The notes under the pieces: generated by a model | Databases searched by the model: none | Told to the model about the DNA's origin: nothing | Seen by the model: the letters and a program-made list of their open reading frames with translations, nothing else | In this document: positions 58,272-64,000 of the stretch, one piece after another | Layout of the letters: each line of letters begins with the position of its first letter | Numbering within the stretch: the first letter of the stretch is position 1 | Source: Candidatus Altiarchaeota archaeon | Lineage (GTDB): Archaea > Altiarchaeota > Altiarchaeia > IMC4 > SCGC-AAA252-I15 | Length of the DNA: 64,000 nucleotides | Assembly (NCBI GenBank): GCA_043813075.1 | Contig: JBDRLL010000036.1 | Span: 1 to 64,000, forward strand | Direction: 5' to 3' | Translations under genes and position numbers: made by a program

Positions 58272-59512
58272 GAGAAGGAGAAATGAAAATAGTACTAGCA
58301 TATTCAGGGGGATTGGACACGAGCGTATGCATAAAATGGTTGCAGGAGAGATACGATGCAGAAGTCATAACACTGACTCTGGAGTTGGGGCAGGAGATAG
58401 AGGACCTCGACGCCATAGAGAAGAAGGCCAAGGACTTCGGCGCGATAAAGACGTACAGCATAGACGCGAGAAGGGAGTTCGTGCACGAGTACATAAACCC
58501 TGCAATAAAGGCCAACGCGCTATACGAGGGGAAATACCCCGTGAGCACTGCGATAGGAAGGCCGCTTATCGCGAAGAAGATGGTTGAGATAGCTGAGAAG
58601 GAGCGTGCCGACGCCGTAGCCCACGGGTCAACTGGCAAGGGGAACGACCAGGTGCGTTTCGACGTCGCAGTCCAATCACTGAACCCGGAATTGAGGGTTA
58701 TAGCGCCGGTCAGGGAATGGCCTATGACGCGTGAGGAGGAGATAAACTACGCTAAAAAACACGGGATACCGGTGCCGGTGACAGTGAAAGACCCCTACAG
58801 TTACGACATAAACCTGTGGGGCAAGAGCGCTGAGGCAGGACCCCTTGAAGACCCCATGTTCGAGCCCACTGACGCGTCGTTCTGGTGGACTGTTAAGCCT
58901 GAGAAGGCCCCCAACAAGCCGGAATACGTCGAACTAGAGTTCGAGGACGGCATACCCATAGGCCTAAACGGGAGGATAATGGATGAGGTCGAGCTGATAA
59001 AATCATTGAACGAGACCGCTGGAAAACACGGTGTGGGAAGGATAGACATGATGGAAGACCGGCTTGTCGGCATAAAGAGCCGTGAAACCTACGAGTGCCC
59101 GGCCGCAATCACCATACTGGAGGCCCACAAGGAGCTTGAACGCCTGACGCTCACCATAGAGCAGAACCTGTTCAAACCCAGGATAGAATCCAAGTGGACT
59201 GAGATGGCCTACTTCGGGCTATGGTTCGAGCCTTTGATGAAGGACTTGGAGGCTTTCATAAACGAGACCCAGAAGAACGTCTCAGGGAAGGTCAAGATGA
59301 AGCTCTACAAGGGTTCTGCGACAGTAGTCGGCCGTGAGAGCGCGCACTCCCTATACCATCAAGGCCTTGCGACATACGATAAGGGAGACGCCTACGACCA
59401 CACCGCCGCGGAAGGGTTCATAAAGATATGGGGTCTACCGTCCGTTGTCGCGAACAAGCGGAACAAGAGCGTTGCCGGAAAAAAGAAGAGGAGGAGGGTG
59501 AAGGAGGAATAG
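58268..59512 (+). CDS. argG: argininosuccinate synthase (canonical)
   Basis: AYSGGLDTS, LYEGKYP, HGSTGKGNDQVRF, YSYDINLWGKSAEAG; alternative start at 58283. Confidence 0.97.
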   Translation: MREGEMKIVLAYSGGLDTSVCIKWLQERYDAEVITLTLELGQEIEDLDAIEKKAKDFGAIKTYSIDARREFVHEYINPAIKANALYEGKYPVSTAIGRPLIAKKMVEIAEKERADAVAHGSTGKGNDQVRFDVAVQSLNPELRVIAPVREWPMTREEEINYAKKHGIPVPVTVKDPYSYDINLWGKSAEAGPLEDPMFEPTDASFWWTVKPEKAPNKPEYVELEFEDGIPIGLNGRIMDEVELIKSLNETAGKHGVGRIDMMEDRLVGIKSRETYECPAAITILEAHKELERLTLTIEQNLFKPRIESKWTEMAYFGLWFEPLMKDLEAFINETQKNVSGKVKMKLYKGSATVVGRESAHSLYHQGLATYDKGDAYDHTAAEGFIKIWGLPSVVANKRNKSVAGKKKRRRVKEE

Positions 59513-59516
59513 AGTT

Positions 59517-60992
59517 ATGGTTCATGAGGATGCCTGTAGAACAAAAAAACGAATGATACTATACGGTATCCTCACTTTCTCAGCTATTCTGATGCCTATT
59601 ATAACGCATCAACTGGAATCTGAGTTTGAATTAAACTTTATTGGAAACAACATCTCAAGGAACTACATTGCGTGCTCCCTTTTTTCCATAGGGATAATAG
59701 TATTTGGTTACTTAGAGCTAAGAGGAAGATGGAAGAAACCGTTAGAGGAGAATATACCGATCATACTCGCAGTATTGGTGTTGATTAATTACTGCATCCT
59801 ATGGACTTCAGCCACCGCGAAAGGCCATGACTACGACTGCTTTGAGATAGCAGCTAAAAGCTTTTTAGCGGGGAAAAACCCCTATGCGGGATGCTATCTG
59901 TACCCTCCCCTATTCGTAGAGAGCATGGCGGCCGCATACAAGTCGATTGATTACCTCGCCTCGACTACCGGCATGAACATTACTGGAGAAGGCATCTGGG
60001 AGCTTATGTTTTATTTGTTTCAATGCCTTCAGTTTGTATCCTACATCACAGCATACTACCTGTGTTATATATTCGCCCGTAAGGCCTCACTGAAGGGGAT
60101 GCATGCATCCATAATCGTCACCATATTATTCCTGTTTAACTATCCGGTGAACAACAACATGTTTGGCAGGCAAATCAACCTGATGATACTGGACGCCATC
60201 CTCATAGCCATCCTGCTTGCCGAAAAGCACCCATTCCTAAGCGGACTATCACTGGCTATCGGGGGGAACATCAAGTATTACCCATTCCTACTCCTATACC
60301 CGTGGGGCATGGCAAAGAGGATGCGGATACTTGCGTACAGTGGCGTATTGATTACCGTAATTTTCCTGATAACAAGCAGCTTTGGCAGTGACCTGAACAC
60401 CTGGTACCGGTGGAGGGATTACGTGGGCATCTACAGTAAAAACATCGCATACAATGATGTCGGGCTTTACGCAATCACTTACAACATATCCAGGGCCATC
60501 ACGATTGTTTCTGGAATGAACAGGAACTTTTCCCACATACTGCATGAAGCATCATACGGGCTGTTGGTTGCCTTGACCATAACCTGGTTTTCAACACGTT
60601 TTATTGCCCGGAAAAAAGCATCCGAGAATCTCCCAAAACCATTAGGAGACAGGTTCAGATTGTTCGGGGATTCCATAGACGCAGTATGCATTGGCCTCTT
60701 GATATTCCCGGAAGTCTTAAGCCATCACTATGTTTTTACGATACCCGCGGTAATATGGGCTATTGCTGTCAGAGGGGATAGGAGGGGGAGTACTGTATTG
60801 AGCGCCATCCTAATGTTTTGGATGATAGACACCAATATTTTACTGGTAGACTACAGTAGAATAGTCGGGCTTCTTATCGTATTGCATTTAACATCGCCAA
60901 AAGCGGTTCCAAAACAGATTGACGCCCCCTATTTCACACAAAACATGGGCCCAACACCCACTGATAGCGACACCTCTCGCGATAGTGACTAA
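59517..60992 (+). CDS. GT87/DUF2029-like membrane glycosyltransferase
   Basis: HDY, NPY...YLYPP, QIN, IKYYP, HHY motifs. Confidence 0.75.
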   Translation: MVHEDACRTKKRMILYGILTFSAILMPIITHQLESEFELNFIGNNISRNYIACSLFSIGIIVFGYLELRGRWKKPLEENIPIILAVLVLINYCILWTSATAKGHDYDCFEIAAKSFLAGKNPYAGCYLYPPLFVESMAAAYKSIDYLASTTGMNITGEGIWELMFYLFQCLQFVSYITAYYLCYIFARKASLKGMHASIIVTILFLFNYPVNNNMFGRQINLMILDAILIAILLAEKHPFLSGLSLAIGGNIKYYPFLLLYPWGMAKRMRILAYSGVLITVIFLITSSFGSDLNTWYRWRDYVGIYSKNIAYNDVGLYAITYNISRAITIVSGMNRNFSHILHEASYGLLVALTITWFSTRFIARKKASENLPKPLGDRFRLFGDSIDAVCIGLLIFPEVLSHHYVFTIPAVIWAIAVRGDRRGSTVLSAILMFWMIDTNILLVDYSRIVGLLIVLHLTSPKAVPKQIDAPYFTQNMGPTPTDSDTSRDSD

Positions 60993-60999
60993 AAAATAA

Positions 61000-62403
61000 T
61001 CAGACCACGTAGCCCATATCCCTTAGAATCTGGAGTGTCTTCTCGTCAGCCATTATCGGCTCCCTGGAAGTGTTCTCGACAGGGTATAGTTCAAGCATCT
61101 TATCCCTTAGCCGGGAGGATACCTCAAGATACCTTGAGGCAGCATTAGACTGCTCGAGAGGATCCCTAGCATGGTCGTACAACTCCTCCACGTCAAAAGA
61201 GACGTGATGGGCTAGGGGAATGCATTTAGGCCTCAAGCCCTCAGGATTGTATATGTACCGCCATCTGCCGGCCCTAATGGACTTGATGTCAGTCAGCTCG
61301 CTCAATGCTATGCCGAAGTCACGGCCGGAATAGCCGGGCTCGAAAAGGGGTGCCATAGACTTGCCTTCAAAATGGGGGAGAGGACGTAATCCTAGAAGCT
61401 CTAATGCTGTGGGAACCACGTCAATGTTCTCCACCACCTCCCCAACCCTGAGACCACCATACCTGCCGTCCGGAAGACGGATTATGAGGGGTATGTGCAG
61501 TACTGAGTCGTGTATGGAACACTGGTGGAAGAAGTAGTAGTCGTGCTGGTACAACTCCTCCCCATGATCCGCGAATATGAATACAATAGACTTGTTCAAC
61601 AGGCCGAGAGATTCCAGCTCCCCGAAAATCTCGCGGACAGAAGAGTCAGCCCATAGCACGTCCCCATCGTATTTAGAGATGTGATAGTCCAATTGCGCGG
61701 CCGTTAGATTAATCATCTGGGTTGTAATCTGGGTGGGGCGTAGCTTGTCCCCGGGAGAGTAGTTGCCGAAAACATCGTACTTTTTTGGCGGCTTGTAAGG
61801 CCGGTGGGGTGCGAACAGGTGGGTGAAGAGGAAGAATTTCCCGTCCTTGTTCTTCCTCAAGAACTTGATGGTCTTGTCAACGTTACGATCGTCCGCGTAT
61901 CTCGTGCATGCTTTGTCGCCGAAACCGTACTCTAGGATATGGCACCCGGTAGACATGACCGCGATTGTCGCATAACCCTCACCCCGGAGCACGTCCGCTA
62001 TCGATGGTATGCCCTCCCCAAGCACCTGCCCGTTCTCCCTAACGTTGGTCGAGACTGGGTACAGTGAGGTCAGCATTGACGTGAGGGAAGGCTCGGTCAG
62101 ACCCCGCGAGGTGAACATGTTCTCAAACAGAATACCCCCGCCAGCGACCGAATCCACGAATGGCGTGGTGTCACGATCATACCCGTAACAACCCATGTGA
62201 TCAGGGCGCAACGTCTCTATCGAAATGAATATCAGGTTATATCCAGGATAAGAAGAACTTGCAATGTCAGGAGCACCCCCCAGGGTAGTGGCCGGGCCTT
62301 CGATAGGGGCAGGGGAACGCAGCACGCCATACGTGACTGCGGAAACGATTATTATAAACAGTGTTAAAGCGGTTATGCCTAGAAAATCAGGTTTTGAATG
62401 CAT
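61000..62403 (-). CDS. sulfatase-like hydrolase/transferase
   Basis: NLIFISIETLRPDH, TEPSLTSMLTS, PHRPY, ADHGEE, HIPLI. Confidence 0.88.
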   Translation of the reverse strand: MHSKPDFLGITALTLFIIIVSAVTYGVLRSPAPIEGPATTLGGAPDIASSSYPGYNLIFISIETLRPDHMGCYGYDRDTTPFVDSVAGGGILFENMFTSRGLTEPSLTSMLTSLYPVSTNVRENGQVLGEGIPSIADVLRGEGYATIAVMSTGCHILEYGFGDKACTRYADDRNVDKTIKFLRKNKDGKFFLFTHLFAPHRPYKPPKKYDVFGNYSPGDKLRPTQITTQMINLTAAQLDYHISKYDGDVLWADSSVREIFGELESLGLLNKSIVFIFADHGEELYQHDYYFFHQCSIHDSVLHIPLIIRLPDGRYGGLRVGEVVENIDVVPTALELLGLRPLPHFEGKSMAPLFEPGYSGRDFGIALSELTDIKSIRAGRWRYIYNPEGLRPKCIPLAHHVSFDVEELYDHARDPLEQSNAASRYLEVSSRLRDKMLELYPVENTSREPIMADEKTLQILRDMGYVV

Positions 62404-62412
62404 TTTAGAGGA

Positions 62413-62604
62413 TCATAGGCCCCTTTTATCTTTCTTAATCCTGCGGCTGCTGTCACAGCCGAACTCCAGGTGGTGGGATTCAACATCCCTTAACTCTGAC
62501 TTTGAGACTTCAGCTTCATGCCTTGTCTTGACTTCCCTCGCCCTTAGCCTGGCGAGCTCGTTCCCAGCGCCGCCACAAAGCCTATAGTTACTCCCGCGCG
62601 CCAT
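62413..62604 (-). CDS. small basic hypothetical protein
   Basis: ATG immediately after the upstream stop; fills the gap between two minus-strand genes. Confidence 0.35.
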   Translation of the reverse strand: MARGSNYRLCGGAGNELARLRAREVKTRHEAEVSKSELRDVESHHLEFGCDSSRRIKKDKRGL

Positions 62605-62605
62605 G

Positions 62606-63172
62606 CTATTCCTCGCTACTCTCAGTGTAGGGCACGCAGCCGACTTCCTTCTGGCATCTCTCATTATCCATGCAGGTCCGGATTATCTTCTTCGTCTGCG
62701 TTACCTTGCACGAACCATCATCGCAGAATGGTTCAGAGTATATCTTGTAGGTCTTGTCGTAGTCGCACCTTATCTCACTGTACTCTGGATCACCGCAGTC
62801 AGCGTTCGAAGTGCACGGCGGCAGTACAGGCACGTGAATAGTGGTGGTAGTTACCTTAGCGCCGGGAGAACAGACTTGAGGGCACTTGCTGATGCAGTCA
62901 GTGCACTCGAACCCGACCTTCACAACCTGTTTTTCGCTGGTATCCTTTGTGACATCCTTCGTCTCCTCGCACTCGGGGATGTTGGGCTCAGGGCACTCGC
63001 TCAAGTCAGGCCTCTTAGAGCCGTCATAACACTGGTATTCGATACTCGTTGTCTCAATGACCTTGCTGCACGTCCTCGGCATGTACCAGTAGGTGAATCC
63101 GCCGCCGAAGACCAGCCCTAGGAACAATGTGAGCACTGAAAGCGCGCTAAGTAGTATTATCTCTTCCTTCAA
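62606..63172 (-). CDS. membrane-anchored Cys-rich protein
   Basis: N-terminal TM, C-x-D-G-S...CP module, Cys-rich tail. Confidence 0.65.
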   Translation of the reverse strand: MKEEIILLSALSVLTLFLGLVFGGGFTYWYMPRTCSKVIETTSIEYQCYDGSKRPDLSECPEPNIPECEETKDVTKDTSEKQVVKVGFECTDCISKCPQVCSPGAKVTTTTIHVPVLPPCTSNADCGDPEYSEIRCDYDKTYKIYSEPFCDDGSCKVTQTKKIIRTCMDNERCQKEVGCVPYTESSEE

Positions 63173-63212
63173 GAGGAATCACCTTGTAGATATATGGATT
63201 CACAATTAAAAA

Positions 63213-63731
63213 CTATTGTTTCAATAGCCGTATTATCTCGCAGGCGAACTCCCTGGCGGATTCAGGACCCCTTGCAGTCACTATCCTGCCGTCTGAGACC
63301 ACCGGCCCCTGCACGTAGACTGCATTACCTTCCTTTAGCGCCCGTATAGCGTCTGGGGAGGGGAATACCGTCGCCTTCACGCCAGCCAGTATGCCCGCCT
63401 TCGCCAGAGCCCCTGTTGAAAGGCATATTGCTGCGACAACACTGCTCTTCCCCACCGCGTCTGAGAGTATTTTATGCAGTCGCCCGTCACCCCAAAGCCA
63501 TTTAGGAGAGCCGCTGCCACCAACCACTATCACAGCGTCATATCCTGAAGCATGCGCTTCGCCAAGACTCATGTCCGACTCCACGGTCATGCCGAGCATG
63601 CCACGACATAGCCCGCCCGAAGGCGAGGCAACAGAAACGCCAATGCCAGAAGACTCGAGTTCCCTCCGGGGTATATCGTATTCCTCATCCCTAAAATTGT
63701 CCTGTGCAATAATCATCAAGACATTCATCAT
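63213..63731 (-). CDS. DJ-1/PfpI-family protein
   Basis: FRDEE, VVGGSG, AAICLS, IVTARGP. Confidence 0.9.
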   Translation of the reverse strand: MMNVLMIIAQDNFRDEEYDIPRRELESSGIGVSVASPSGGLCRGMLGMTVESDMSLGEAHASGYDAVIVVGGSGSPKWLWGDGRLHKILSDAVGKSSVVAAICLSTGALAKAGILAGVKATVFPSPDAIRALKEGNAVYVQGPVVSDGRIVTARGPESAREFACEIIRLLKQ

Positions 63732-63780
63732 GAAACACCATTATTTATATTGGATTTTAATCATTTAACGGGTGTTGCCT

Positions 63781-64000
63781 GTGAAGTACGCTATCCTTGC
63801 CTTAACGCTACTTGCAGTGGTAGCAGCATATAGCGTGCTGGAGAGTGACGTGACCGAGATTGATGTTAATAGCGGTGCGGTAAGCCTGCCGGAACCTGTC
63901 TTGAAGGGTGGTTTAAGCGTTGAGGAAGCCTTGAGTTCCCGCCGTTCAGTCAGGTCATACAGCAGCGGCAGCGCGACAAAAGGGGAGTTAGGGCAGATGC
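63781..64000 (+). CDS. SagB/ThcOx-type nitroreductase-family protein, 5' part
   Basis: Not in the ORF track; manual translation gives ...LPEPVLKGGLSVEEALSSRRSVRSY...ELGQM. Confidence 0.75.
   Translation, partial: MKYAILALTLLAVVAAYSVLESDVTEIDVNSGAVSLPEPVLKGGLSVEEALSSRRSVRSYSSGSATKGELGQM

Overview
This looks like an archaeal chromosomal window. Evidence: three CCA-less tRNA genes with canonical 37/38 introns and bulge-helix-bulge (BHB) junctions, a split archaeal glutamate synthase, and many Thr-rich/Cys-rich surface proteins. A DPANN/Altiarchaeota-like origin is only an impression. The left third is a tRNA-anchored accessory region. Downstream of tRNA-Asp(GTC), five (possibly six) same-orientation copies of the tRNA 3' end recur every 1-4 kb, with shared left and right arm sequences. 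They delimit unrelated cargo cassettes, and I recognise no integrase in the window, so this resembles an integron-like array of non-autonomous mini-elements. One cassette also carries an inverted tRNA-Met 3' fragment. The tRNA-Met and tRNA-Asp introns share a homologous, covarying double-hairpin module, suggesting a small mobile repeat that lands in tRNA introns. The rest encodes surface/glycan-modifying proteins, transporters, MsrA, glutamate synthase subunits, a PRMT-like methyltransferase, a bacterial-type PyrR and an argG-argH-argG operon with one divergent argG. All calls come from manual motif recognition; no database searches were run.
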